A stretch of DNA of 64,000 nucleotides from an uncultured Prevotella sp. (lineage in GTDB: Bacteria > Bacteroidota > Bacteroidia > Bacteroidales > Bacteroidaceae): NCBI GenBank assembly GCA_900555035.1, contig USJX01000001.1, positions 15,740 to 79,739 on the forward strand, in the 5' to 3' direction. The first letter of the stretch is position 1, and each line of letters opens with the position of its first letter. Below the pieces are notes generated by a model. That model was not told the origin of the DNA. It made no database searches and was given only the letters and a program-made list of their open reading frames with translations. This document shows positions 39,898 to 49,906 of this stretch, in pieces. Both the position numbers and the translations under genes were made by a program.

Positions 39898-39921
39898 AAT
39901 GGTAATTATTAATTATTGATA

Positions 39922-42069
39922 CTATATGATGGTTGCTGCCGAAACAGAAACCTTTCTTCTCATTACTCTTGTCTGATAGGAAATCATCTTTGGCATTTCC
40001 ATTTCATTGAAACAGATGTGGAGTCCGATGGCTCTGGTCATGAGCAAATCATCGTGCTTTCCGTCAATGGCTCCGTATGCTCCGTTCTTCTTACGCTCGT
40101 AGGTAAGGAACTCATTCAGGCATCGTTGGTCACGCTCAACGTATAGATGCTCTCTGACTACCTGAACCAAAACAGAGATAACCATTGGCTTGGTTGCCAC
40201 ATTGGTATGGAATCCGTACTTGCGTGGAAGACCTTCCTTGATGTCAGCTTCGCTCTGCTTGCGTGCATAGAGATTATCGTACTCATCCTTTATTTGATTC
40301 AGGATGAACTCAGACTGGTCACCACCTTCCAAGATGTGCTCCTTGTCTTTCGTCTCCAAGGTGTTGGATTCTATTACCAATAGGGCATTGTCGTAGTACT
40401 TGGCTATCTGTGCTGCTTTCCATGCCAGCAAGTCCATATCTATGTGTCCGTACCATTGGGCTACCACGTATGGCTTGCCACCTTCCATCATCCAATATCG
40501 GTCGAAGACACAGATAACAGACCAGTCTGCCTTACTACCTCTACCGCCAATATCCACGACAACCAGATAGCGGTTTGTGACCTTGCAATCGTCAAAGTAC
40601 TCTGGCTTGCTCCATATCCACAACTGCCCTGTCTTGTCTTCTGTGAATCGAACATTCTGTAGGCATTTCTTGCCCTTATATCCGTCTCCGTAAACATCAC
40701 CGATGAACTTAGGTGCTCGGCAACCTTTCGTGAACTGGTCAACCTTCTCTTCTGCAAATACCTTGGCTCCTGAGTGCTTGAAGGCCTCTACTGGGTCAGA
40801 AGGGAATCCGCTAGCCATATCGCCATGGTCAGTGAACTTCTTGCGCTCCATGATATACCAGTTGAGAGCTTCCAAAGGTGCTCCCATCTGCCACAACTTC
40901 CAAAGATAGGTAACTGGCTCCTCACGATTAGACATCGTGTTGGTGTTGTTGCGGTTGTCGTACAACCATTTTGCGAACTCCTCTTTCTGTTTCTTACTCT
41001 CGAAGTCAAGATGGTATAAGTCGTAAATCTCGAACCATGGTACGAAGAACGGCTCAAATACCGATTCTCCTGCTTCTGCTGCCAACCACTCCTGATGGAA
41101 GAAGTTTCCAGTACCATTTGCGGTTGATTCATATACTATCATCGTGTATGGTCTGTAGAGCACACCATTGGTTGCATTCTGCACAACTTCCTCAGGAGAC
41201 TTGCCTTCCGTCTTCTCCCACAATCCAACCTCGGAACAATGTATAAGGTTGTAGTCTTCACCATTGGCAGAAGTAGGTTTCTGCATGGAGCCCACCTTGA
41301 TTTTGCAGAATCGCTGAGGAACCTTCTTGACGTTACCTGATGTTCCGAACCCAACAAACTTAGGCTCGTTCTCGGTATATGCATCTCCCATTTCATGCAG
41401 GAACTTTACTGGGAACATCTTCAATGCTTCATCGAACATTCCTCGGATGGTTTCTGCGGTGTCCTTGACCTGAGCCACGATGAGCGAGTTGAGACCCTTC
41501 TGCCACATGAGTTGCAACCAGAGGAAGTACATCTGAATAACCGTTGAACCTCCCCATTGTCGGGCTTTCAGAAGAATGAGACGGATAGGGCGATTCTTCT
41601 TTCTTCGCTCCTCCAGCCACCTGAGCAGTCTGCGCTGCGGTCTTCTGAGAACAAAACGGAATGGGAGACCTCCACCTTTCGGCTTGATATAGATGAATAC
41701 GGCAAAGAAGAAGAATGGGTCATGTTTCATTCTGATGCGAGTAAACTGCTCTACCAGTTGTTCCATTTCCTCCTCCTCGTTGTATGGCTCGTCTATATCC
41801 TTGTGCAGTTCCTCGATTACTGCCTTGCAGCTACCCAACTCGATGAGCATCTTGACGAGCGGAATCTTCTTCATTGATAGAGGAAGGTTCTGTTTCTGAA
41901 TCGGGTAATCGGGCAGGAAGAGCAGGAATCGCTTATCTCCACAACCTTCACCCTTGACTGGATTGAAAGGTGTGTTGATTTCCTTGATGCGTTTATCGTT
42001 CTCTTTCAGGATGCCCAATACATGTTTGTCGAGTGCATCAGTCAGTTTGGCGGTTACTTGTCTTGGCAT
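39922..42069 (-). CDS. terL: Terminase large subunit
   Basis: LKARQWGGST Walker A, HCSE, ESTANG coupling motif, VDIGG..D.S and HDDLLM nuclease motifs; likely start 42069. Confidence 0.9.
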   Translation of the reverse strand: MPRQVTAKLTDALDKHVLGILKENDKRIKEINTPFNPVKGEGCGDKRFLLFLPDYPIQKQNLPLSMKKIPLVKMLIELGSCKAVIEELHKDIDEPYNEEEEMEQLVEQFTRIRMKHDPFFFFAVFIYIKPKGGGLPFRFVLRRPQRRLLRWLEERRKKNRPIRLILLKARQWGGSTVIQMYFLWLQLMWQKGLNSLIVAQVKDTAETIRGMFDEALKMFPVKFLHEMGDAYTENEPKFVGFGTSGNVKKVPQRFCKIKVGSMQKPTSANGEDYNLIHCSEVGLWEKTEGKSPEEVVQNATNGVLYRPYTMIVYESTANGTGNFFHQEWLAAEAGESVFEPFFVPWFEIYDLYHLDFESKKQKEEFAKWLYDNRNNTNTMSNREEPVTYLWKLWQMGAPLEALNWYIMERKKFTDHGDMASGFPSDPVEAFKHSGAKVFAEEKVDQFTKGCRAPKFIGDVYGDGYKGKKCLQNVRFTEDKTGQLWIWSKPEYFDDCKVTNRYLVVVDIGGRGSKADWSVICVFDRYWMMEGGKPYVVAQWYGHIDMDLLAWKAAQIAKYYDNALLVIESNTLETKDKEHILEGGDQSEFILNQIKDEYDNLYARKQSEADIKEGLPRKYGFHTNVATKPMVISVLVQVVREHLYVERDQRCLNEFLTYERKKNGAYGAIDGKHDDLLMTRAIGLHICFNEMEMPKMISYQTRVMRRKVSVSAATII

Positions 42070-42533
42070 AGCGGTGCATTTAAATAACCCCACAACAAAC
42101 CTAGTACATAGCAGTAGATGTGGACTCCAACTGCCATGCAGGGAATGAAGATTCCGATACTGATATAGAGAAAGATGATGGTATTGTATCTTACCTTTTT
42201 ATTGACGTAAGGGGCGATGAACCCCATATAAGCATAGATAAAGCCACTGAGACCGATGATAGGTACGGAGGATTGGGAAGGATAGCTGATGGCGATGAGA
42301 TAGAATGCGACCATGTGACCGATGCCGCAAGGTATGTCTCGGTAGCATTGATGGAATATATAAAGGTTGATGGCGGCATGGAAGACGTTCTGATGAAAGA
42401 ACGGATAACTGATGCGCTGCCATAGAGTGCAGCCATCATACAAGCCCATGCCATCATAGCCCATAAGGGTGATACACATTATTATAATGTACCCTGCATA
42501 AAGCGCAATCTTCTCTTTCGCTCCTCGTTGCAT
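42054..42533 (-). CDS. Rhomboid-family intramembrane serine protease
   Basis: YPFFHQNVFHAAIN, GLSG (catalytic Ser), VHIYCYVLG (catalytic His); multi-TM. Confidence 0.8.
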   Translation of the reverse strand: MQRGAKEKIALYAGYIIIMCITLMGYDGMGLYDGCTLWQRISYPFFHQNVFHAAINLYIFHQCYRDIPCGIGHMVAFYLIAISYPSQSSVPIIGLSGFIYAYMGFIAPYVNKKVRYNTIIFLYISIGIFIPCMAVGVHIYCYVLGLLWGYLNAPLCQDK

Positions 42534-42940
42534 CTTTTCTTCTCCTCCTTTCTCACCCTATAAAGTATAACGTGCATGGTTGACGGAGTAAGATAGAAGC
42601 TGGGTGCTGGCTCGTAGCATACACGTTTGATAATATCCATCTTTGACAAGTGTGGATATTGCTTTCTATAATTCTTGAATCTTCTGAAAATCTCCTGATA
42701 CATTGCCCTTCGGGTTGGTATCATATAATCAATGGATTTTCCCAACAATAAGTCTAATATGACTATATAAGCACGGTCTTCCGATACCCAAAATCTACTG
42801 CTCGGAGACTGGGATAGCTTTTCCTCAATCTCTGAGAGTGTTATATTGTCTCCTGTCGTAAGTAGTATCTCACGATAAGCCCTCAATATATCAGCATCAC
42901 GTTCCTCTTTAAAATCACACCGTGAATCCTTATATTTCAT
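42482..42940 (-). CDS. Hypothetical protein
   Basis: Likely start 42940 just after TATATTTG box (42952-42959). Confidence 0.65.
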   Translation of the reverse strand: MKYKDSRCDFKEERDADILRAYREILLTTGDNITLSEIEEKLSQSPSSRFWVSEDRAYIVILDLLLGKSIDYMIPTRRAMYQEIFRRFKNYRKQYPHLSKMDIIKRVCYEPAPSFYLTPSTMHVILYRVRKEEKKRCNEERKRRLRFMQGTL

Positions 42941-42998
42941 ATCTGACACTGCAAATATACAAAAAATAATTGAATTAGTCGTATTAGAATAACGATAA

Positions 42999-43041
42999 TT
43001 AACGGATAAAGTACAAATTAGCCGAAAAAGCATTAATTTTG
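42999..43041 (+). promoter_or_regulatory. Late-type promoter of head operon
   Basis: TTAACGGATAAA (42999-43010)-N23-TAATTTTG (43034-43041). Confidence 0.85.
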
Positions 43042-43072
43042 GGCATTGATTTATAAATTAATACATATATAT

Positions 43073-43888
43073 ATGCCAGATAATACAAATATTGAACAGA
43101 ATGCTGGTACTGCCAAGCAGCAGGAAACGAAGACCAAGAGAGACTTGGCTTTGGAGCGTTTGAAGACCCGCCACCCCGATACGGAGTATGCGGATGATGA
43201 AGCCATGTATGGCGCAATCAACGATGATTATGATGCCGACCAGAAGGCTTTGCAGGGTTACAAGGATAACGAGAAGGCGATGGGTGACTGGTTGGGTAGT
43301 GACCCTGAGGCGGCTACCTTCCTTCAAGCGATGAAGGCTGGAAAGAGTCCTTATGCCGAGTTGATTCGCACTCATGGCGAGGATGCCATTGATTACTACT
43401 CTGACCCAGACAATGCTGATGAGATTGCATCGGCTCAGTCGGAGTTCTTGCAGAATGCTGCAAACGGCAAGAAATTGCAGGAGGAGTATGATAAGAATAT
43501 GCCTTCCAGCTATGAGGTGTTTGACAAGTTGGAGGAGAAGTATGGCGAGGAAGCTGTTAACGATGCCATCGACCAGTGCTTTCAGACCATGCGCAATGTG
43601 GTGACTGGCAAGTTTACTGAGGAAATGATTACTGCTTTCATCAAGGCAAAGAACCATGATACCGATGTGGCTGATGCGGCACATGAAGGTGAGGTTCGTG
43701 GAAAAAATAGTAAGCATATCAAGAACTTGCAGCTACGCAAGAAGGGCGATGGTACTGCCGACCTTGATTCTGCCAATGCGGAGACCAATCGAACGGATAA
43801 CCAGCCTGACCTTGGTGCTATGGGCAGGGTAGCACGAAGGGGTAGCATCTGGGAACGTGGAAACGAAAAGAGAACACACATTAGATAA
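43073..43888 (+). CDS. Putative capsid scaffolding protein
   Basis: Acidic helical protein with basic C-terminal tail, directly upstream of capsid gene. Confidence 0.6.
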   Translation: MPDNTNIEQNAGTAKQQETKTKRDLALERLKTRHPDTEYADDEAMYGAINDDYDADQKALQGYKDNEKAMGDWLGSDPEAATFLQAMKAGKSPYAELIRTHGEDAIDYYSDPDNADEIASAQSEFLQNAANGKKLQEEYDKNMPSSYEVFDKLEEKYGEEAVNDAIDQCFQTMRNVVTGKFTEEMITAFIKAKNHDTDVADAAHEGEVRGKNSKHIKNLQLRKKGDGTADLDSANAETNRTDNQPDLGAMGRVARRGSIWERGNEKRTHIR

Positions 43889-43941
43889 TTCGACAAGGTG
43901 AAAAGATAATATATAATGTTTAATTAATATTCAGAATAACA

Positions 43942-45483
43942 ATGAAGAAAAGTACATTTAATCGGCTGCTTTCCATATTTCTGATGGTGATTGCAGTTAT
44001 TTTTGGAGTGAATGGTCAGGTTCTCATGGCTGAGACGGCTCTGCCTGATGGCGGTAGTACCGAGAGTGGTCACGCTGCGGAAGCTGGTGGTGCTACTGCT
44101 GCCGGTGATTCTGGAAATGGCGGTGCGGCTCGTCAGGATGATGGTATTGCTACTGAGGGCAAGGGTCGAGAGCATTATAATGAGAATGGCACGGATTTCT
44201 ATGAGAACGACATCAACGACAAGATTATCAAGATTCGTCCAATGGCTTCTCCAGTTGACCAGATTTCACGCTATGCTACAACCAAGTCTGCCTCATCTTT
44301 CGTGGTTGAGTATTGGAGTATCGGTACACGTCCTATCAAGACTACCGTAAAGGAGACAACCGTGGAGAGTACTGGTACATCTATGGTATTGAAGGTAGAA
44401 GACCCTGAAATGTTCACGCTGGATGATACCATCCGAGTAGTGGGTGTGAAGGCGATTACCAACTACAAGAATCAGGCTTATGCAGACCTTACCGATGAAC
44501 CTACTCCTGATTTGGAACTTTGTGTGTGTGGTAAGGATAATGAGGGTTATCCTATTGTGTATGCCGTAAATGGTAATTTGGTTAAGAAGCAGCCTATTGG
44601 TATTCCTGCCTTGAAGAAGGGTCAGAAACTTATCCGTATGGCTAAGAGTTGCGGTGAGTTGGACGTACAGACGGGTCGTTTCAACAACCTTCCTGATTCT
44701 GATATTCAGTACTGCCAGAACTTCATGATTCAGGTTGAGGAGAGCACCTTCAATAAGATTGCTGCTAAGCGAGTAGATTGGGACTTCTCTGATATCGAGG
44801 AGGATAGTATCTATGATATGCGTCTTGCGATGGAGGGTACTTATCTCTTTGGTGATATGGCTTGTATCAAACATACTACCAAGAACAACTCGGCTCAGTG
44901 GTTTACAAAGGGTATCTGGTGGATGGCTGGTAAGGACATTGAGGTAGGTCATGTTGCTACTGCTGACGATATTAAGAAGGGCTATGGTAATAATGAGCGA
45001 GTGATTACAGACTTGGAGTTGGTTGATATTTCCAAGGACTTGTTCGTGGGTACTGGTATCGGCAACAAGCGCAAGGTGATTATAGCTGGTTCTTCCTTTT
45101 TGAGCGCATTCAGTAAGATTGACTCTGACAAGTTCCGCTTGAAGGACACCGTAGAGGTTTGGAACTTGAAGTTCAAGAGTTGGGAGACTGATTTCGGTGA
45201 GGTGCTGATGATTCACTCTGAGTTGTTTGACCTCTTCGATATGAGCGACTGCGGCTTTGCCCTTGACCCTGAGTTCTTGGTTAAGCGAGTACACTTGTCT
45301 TGGACACGTAACGTACTTGACTTGAAGAAGGCTGGCATCCGTAACACCGATGCAGTAGTTATTCAGGAGGTAGCTTGTCTGTACTTGAAGTACCCTAAGG
45401 CACACGCTCGTATGCGCCTTGCTGCGGTTCCTGCATCAGAAGGTACATCTTTAACTGGTGAGACGAATGCTTCTGCTGCATAA
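43942..45483 (+). CDS. Putative major capsid protein with hydrophobic N-terminal leader
   Basis: Position (scaffold-MCP-terminator-adaptor-portal), size, and YCQNF..VEES / E.TYLFG / TKGI motifs resembling HK97-fold MCPs. Confidence 0.7.
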   Translation: MKKSTFNRLLSIFLMVIAVIFGVNGQVLMAETALPDGGSTESGHAAEAGGATAAGDSGNGGAARQDDGIATEGKGREHYNENGTDFYENDINDKIIKIRPMASPVDQISRYATTKSASSFVVEYWSIGTRPIKTTVKETTVESTGTSMVLKVEDPEMFTLDDTIRVVGVKAITNYKNQAYADLTDEPTPDLELCVCGKDNEGYPIVYAVNGNLVKKQPIGIPALKKGQKLIRMAKSCGELDVQTGRFNNLPDSDIQYCQNFMIQVEESTFNKIAAKRVDWDFSDIEEDSIYDMRLAMEGTYLFGDMACIKHTTKNNSAQWFTKGIWWMAGKDIEVGHVATADDIKKGYGNNERVITDLELVDISKDLFVGTGIGNKRKVIIAGSSFLSAFSKIDSDKFRLKDTVEVWNLKFKSWETDFGEVLMIHSELFDLFDMSDCGFALDPEFLVKRVHLSWTRNVLDLKKAGIRNTDAVVIQEVACLYLKYPKAHARMRLAAVPASEGTSLTGETNASAA

Positions 45484-45520
45484 AAAGCAGGTAGAATTGC
45501 AAATCATTCATTAAATAGTG

Positions 45521-45552
45521 AGGGGTGTGGGCACTAGCCCCATCCCTTTTTT
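45521..45552 (+). terminator. Terminator after capsid gene
   Basis: aggggtgtgggc-acta-gccccatcccttttttt. Confidence 0.75.
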
Positions 45553-45582
45553 AGTAACACATATATATAATAAGGTATAATC

Positions 45583-45990
45583 ATGTTTAATAAATATCAA
45601 GCTGGTTCGGACTTGGCATTCAGCGTTATGGTTGGTAACGAGAGAATGCGCATTGTTTTTGAGGGTAAGACTATGGGAAGTAGCATCTATATGACAAGAG
45701 ACCCTAAGGTACAGAAGTCTATCGAGTCTCATTATTGGTTCAACGACAAATTCTTCTTGGTGGAGAGTATTGACGAGAAGAAGGAAGCTGCGGAAGCCAA
45801 GAAGAAGGCTGCTGCCAAGGCAAAGAAGAAGGTGGCTGACGAGAAGAAGACCCACATTGTGACAGATGTTGAGGATGCCAAGGAATATCTGGCAGAGACC
45901 TTCGGTGTGAGTCGTTCCAAGATGAAGACCAAGGAGGAAATCTTGGCTATTGCCAAGGAAAAGGGTGTTGAACTAGAAGGACTGGAATAA
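45583..45990 (+). CDS. Hypothetical head-region protein
   Basis: 135 aa, K/A-rich linker, small C-terminal helical domain. Confidence 0.65.
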   Translation: MFNKYQAGSDLAFSVMVGNERMRIVFEGKTMGSSIYMTRDPKVQKSIESHYWFNDKFFLVESIDEKKEAAEAKKKAAAKAKKKVADEKKTHIVTDVEDAKEYLAETFGVSRSKMKTKEEILAIAKEKGVELEGLE

Positions 45991-46649
45991 TGAGTACGTA
46001 TGCTGTATCTGAACTGGTGAAAGAAGTGAAGGTGCTCTTGGATAGAAACCAAGAGTCTGCTGGCTTGCTGACCCCTACAGATTCTGATACCCTGACACAG
46101 GGCGAGTTGATTCAGAGTAAGATTGTGGATGCAGCAAGAATCATTCTGACGGATGCTCCTGCCCACTTGCTTGACGGACAGAGATTCGAGGGGCTTGATG
46201 TGGTGTGGGAGGAATCGTATGGGGCTTATGTTGGAACCATGTATCTTCCATCGGATATGATTAGAATACTGAGTGTAAAGGCTAGTGACTGGAAACGTTC
46301 GGCTCAGATTATCACGGAGGATGATGATGCCTACAAGATGCAGGGCAGTAGATTCGGGGTAAGAGGTAACTATGAGCGACCTATTGCTGCGCTTATCCAT
46401 CATGATGGCGAGCGGTTCTTGGAACTATATACCAGCAGGAGCGACAAGGCTAATGTGGCTCTATCGTGTGTGTGTATGCCTTATGAGAAGGATGGCAATA
46501 TTACCCTGCCTGATACCTTGAAGGATTCCATCACCTATATGGCTGGCTACCTGACGTGCATCAGTCTTGGTGATACAGATACGGCTGGCACTCTGCTGGG
46601 TGTGGCTAGGAAGCTGGCACATATTGTTGAACCTACAGAAACACAATAA
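45990..46649 (+). CDS. Putative head-tail adaptor / tail ring protein
   Basis: YLPSDMIRI..ERP pattern; position before portal. Confidence 0.55.
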   Translation: MSTYAVSELVKEVKVLLDRNQESAGLLTPTDSDTLTQGELIQSKIVDAARIILTDAPAHLLDGQRFEGLDVVWEESYGAYVGTMYLPSDMIRILSVKASDWKRSAQIITEDDDAYKMQGSRFGVRGNYERPIAALIHHDGERFLELYTSRSDKANVALSCVCMPYEKDGNITLPDTLKDSITYMAGYLTCISLGDTDTAGTLLGVARKLAHIVEPTETQ

Positions 46650-46651
46650 CT

Positions 46652-48688
46652 ATGGCAAAGAAGAAAGAAAAAGCTAAATTGCTATCGTTGAGCAAGGTGA
46701 TTGATAAGGATGAACTGGATAGCGTGAAGGAGTCGATGAAACGCTTTGACCGACCTTATGAGCGTGCCTTCTCTATCTTGCTGGAGGCTCAGCGATATTA
46801 CAATAACATGGACAACTTCCGAAAGCGAAGGGAGAGAAATAAGCGGTACTGCTATGGAGACCAGTGGGGAGATACCATTGAGTTCAAAAGCAAGTGTGGC
46901 TTTAAAAAGCGTATCAGGGAGGAAGACTATATCCGTGAGCAGGGCAGCGAACCATTGAAGAATAACCTTATCAGAAGATTGGTGAAGAATGTGCTGGGTG
47001 TTTATCGCTCACAGAGTAAGGAACCTACCTGCAACGCAAGAGACAAGGATGAAAAGCGATATGGTGAGACCATGAGCGTGGTGCTGCAATGTAACCGACA
47101 ACTGAACCGAGAGACGGAGGTGGATGCACGTACCATTGAAGAGTTCCTGATAAGTGGTGCTGCTATTTATAAGAAAAAGTATGGATGGCGAAGGGGTAGG
47201 TTGGATTGCTGGACGGACTACGTGAACCCGAACAATTTCTTCATAGACAACAATATGAGAGATTTCCGTGGTTGGGACGTGAGTTGCTTGGGTGAGGTGC
47301 ATGACATTACCATCGGCAACGTGCTGAGAGAGTTTGCCAAGTCTCCTGCTGATGCTCGCAAGTTGAAGGAGATATACAGACTGGCAGCTAACCGAGATTT
47401 CGTGATAGCTGACTGCACCCAGCGATTCGGGGAGTTCGACCCTAAGACTATTGACTTTATGAATCCTTCCAACCCTTCGCTCTGCCGAGTGATTGAGGTT
47501 TGGCGCAAGGAGAGTAAGCCAAGATACCGATGTCATGACTACAACAATGGCGATGATTTCAAGATTGATATTGAGGATAAGGCTGATATTGTAGATGCTG
47601 AGAACAGAGACAGAATCAGGCGAGGTATGGCTGCTGGCATGCTGGAAGAGGATATTCCTCTGATTGATGCCGAGTGGTTTATGGATGATTACTGGCATTT
47701 CTATTATCTTTCTCCTTTCGGTGATATTCTGAGAGAAGGTGAGACTCCTTATGCTCATGGTGAGCATCCATACTGCTTTAAGTTCTATCCGTTTATTGAT
47801 GGCGAGATTCACAGCTTCGTGGAAGATGTGATTGACCAGCAGAGATACGTGAACAGACTTATCACGATGTATGACTTTATCATGCGTGCAAGTGCCAAGG
47901 GTGTATTGCTATGCCCAGATGATTGTCTTCCTGATGATATGAGTTGGGATGATTTCTGCGATGAGTGGAGTAGGTTCAATGGTGTGGTGAGATACAAGCC
48001 AAACAAGAGTGGTCAGGTTCCTCAGCAAGTGGCGAACAACTCTACGAACATCGGTATCGGTGACTTGCTAAGTTTCCAGTTGAAGTTCTTTGAGGATATA
48101 TCGGGAGTAAATGGTGCGCTGCAAGGAAAACCAGGAGTATCGGGTACGAGCGGTTCGCTTTATGCCCAGCAGACACAGAATGCTACCATGTCGCTGCTTG
48201 ATATATTGGAGAGTTTCAGCCAGTTTATCATTGATGGTGCTTACAAGACCGTTAAGAACATACAGCAGTACTATGATGTGGCTCGAAACTTCAATATCGT
48301 TGGAAGGGCAGGACAGATTGTACACTACGACCCTAAGAAGATTAGAGACGTGGAGTTTGACATCAACATCACGGAAAGTACGGCTACTCCTGTATATAGA
48401 CAGATGGCGAATGAGTTCCTCATGACATTGTGGCAGGCTCAGGCTATCACGCTGGAGCAGTTGTTGCAAGTTGGTGACTTTCCATTCGGTGAAGAGTTGT
48501 TGCAATCGGTGGCATCTAATCAGGAAGCTATCAAGAATGGTGAAATGCCGCAAGGATTCTCCCCTCAGCTACAAGCACAAGTGGCTCAGGCATCACAGAG
48601 CAATCCGAAGGCTCAGGCGATGTTGCAGCAGATGATGAGCGGTCAGGGGGTGAACCCTGACGGACAGACTCCACCGCTGGCGGCATAA
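46652..48688 (+). CDS. Portal protein (P22-like)
   Basis: YGDQW, NLIRRLV..VLG, VIDQQRYVNR, ISGVN..LQG, SG motifs; 678 aa. Confidence 0.85.
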   Translation: MAKKKEKAKLLSLSKVIDKDELDSVKESMKRFDRPYERAFSILLEAQRYYNNMDNFRKRRERNKRYCYGDQWGDTIEFKSKCGFKKRIREEDYIREQGSEPLKNNLIRRLVKNVLGVYRSQSKEPTCNARDKDEKRYGETMSVVLQCNRQLNRETEVDARTIEEFLISGAAIYKKKYGWRRGRLDCWTDYVNPNNFFIDNNMRDFRGWDVSCLGEVHDITIGNVLREFAKSPADARKLKEIYRLAANRDFVIADCTQRFGEFDPKTIDFMNPSNPSLCRVIEVWRKESKPRYRCHDYNNGDDFKIDIEDKADIVDAENRDRIRRGMAAGMLEEDIPLIDAEWFMDDYWHFYYLSPFGDILREGETPYAHGEHPYCFKFYPFIDGEIHSFVEDVIDQQRYVNRLITMYDFIMRASAKGVLLCPDDCLPDDMSWDDFCDEWSRFNGVVRYKPNKSGQVPQQVANNSTNIGIGDLLSFQLKFFEDISGVNGALQGKPGVSGTSGSLYAQQTQNATMSLLDILESFSQFIIDGAYKTVKNIQQYYDVARNFNIVGRAGQIVHYDPKKIRDVEFDINITESTATPVYRQMANEFLMTLWQAQAITLEQLLQVGDFPFGEELLQSVASNQEAIKNGEMPQGFSPQLQAQVAQASQSNPKAQAMLQQMMSGQGVNPDGQTPPLAA

Positions 48689-48732
48689 TGTTTAGTGATT
48701 ATTGATTAGTGATTATTGATTAATTTATAGTT

Positions 48733-48954
48733 ATGATAGCAGACAGACCAAGTGACAAGAAATGGTATGGTAATGGGAAACCAGATGCCAGCCAAGGTGG
48801 CAACCCGAATGGTGGTGTTGCTACGGAGACCAAAGGTAGGGAAGACAAGCCAGAACTTTACGAGAATGATGTGCTCGGCAAGGTGTCGAAACGCAAGAAA
48901 AACGACATCTGGACGAGGGGTGGAGAGAAGAGAACCAGATTTAAGGACGAATAA
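48733..48954 (+). CDS. Small protein sharing the scaffold C-terminal motif
   Basis: Ends IWTRGGEKRT, compare scaffold IWERGNEKRT. Confidence 0.7.
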   Translation: MIADRPSDKKWYGNGKPDASQGGNPNGGVATETKGREDKPELYENDVLGKVSKRKKNDIWTRGGEKRTRFKDE

Positions 48955-48973
48955 AGAAAGGAGGTGTTTTTAT

Positions 48974-49057
48974 CGTAAGTGTATTTATCTGATAAACAGA
49001 TAGATACAGAAATATCTACGAGTTTATGGTGCTGTATGAAAGATATTCGTATCTTTG
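48974..49057 (+). promoter_or_regulatory. Second-class phage promoter (copy 2)
   Basis: CGTAA (48974), TACGAGTTTAT (49017-49027)-N22-TATCTTTG (49050-49057). Confidence 0.7.
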
Positions 49058-49086
49058 CGGCATCATAAACTTTTAATTTTTATATT

Positions 49087-49572
49087 ATGGATTTTGTAGA
49101 TTTTGTAGAAAAATATCAGCAGGAGTTGACTCCTGAACAGATGTTGGCAGTAGCTAAGGCAGTCGGCAAGTATCTCTCATGCAAGTTGAGCGATGCGGAG
49201 GAGCATCATCTTTGTGCGATGGTGTATGGTGTATTGAGCGAAGAGCATTTTGACAAGCACTTTTCCGATGATGCTATCAGCAATATGTGGTATGAGGATA
49301 CTGACGGAACCAAGCACATGGCTCCATTCTTCTCGGATGATGAGATAAGAGAAGCATTTGACAAGCATCAGGATGATATTTCTGACTATACCATATATGA
49401 CTTGGCGGTGACCATGAATCTGCTGAGGAGCGACCATCATGTGCTGCTGGAGAGATTCAGTAATGATGCAGATGAATTAAAGGAAATGGTGGTGTTGATG
49501 GCTATAGAGTATCTGCAAGACCCTGATTGTTTGCATCCAACAAGCAAAATATGGCATACTATTAACGGATAA
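49087..49572 (+). CDS. Hypothetical helical protein, paralogue of 32931-33359
   Basis: Shared HF..A.S.M / YD...N..RSD / D.D motifs. Confidence 0.7.
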   Translation: MDFVDFVEKYQQELTPEQMLAVAKAVGKYLSCKLSDAEEHHLCAMVYGVLSEEHFDKHFSDDAISNMWYEDTDGTKHMAPFFSDDEIREAFDKHQDDISDYTIYDLAVTMNLLRSDHHVLLERFSNDADELKEMVVLMAIEYLQDPDCLHPTSKIWHTING

Positions 49573-49604
49573 AGTAACTATATGAGAATCATTTCTTATC
49601 TTTG
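49562..49604 (+). promoter_or_regulatory. Late-type promoter of lysis operon
   Basis: TTAACGGATAAA (49562-49573)-N23-TATCTTTG (49597-49604). Confidence 0.85.
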
Positions 49605-49640
49605 CATATTATTAATATTAATAGTATATAAAGATAAGTT

Positions 49641-49904
49641 ATGACTCCAAACGTACGTGAAGGATTGCAATATGGCACAGCTATTGGAATGGTGGTGAGC
49701 GGCATTGTCCTTGCCTTCCTATCATTCTTCTTGAACAACTACGTGATTTCTGATGGTGTACTCTGGTACATCAGTCAGGCATTGGTTTATTCTGGAGCGA
49801 TATTCGGAGTAAATGTTTATTTTAAGACCAAGTTAGGTAATTTTGAGAGTAAGGTGAAGGACGAACTCGCAAGTATGTTGAAACAAGTAAAGGAAGGTAA
49901 ATAA
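49641..49904 (+). CDS. Holin
   Basis: 87 aa, two TM helices, charged C-terminus, precedes endolysin. Confidence 0.75.
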   Translation: MTPNVREGLQYGTAIGMVVSGIVLAFLSFFLNNYVISDGVLWYISQALVYSGAIFGVNVYFKTKLGNFESKVKDELASMLKQVKEGK

Positions 49905-49906
49905 TT

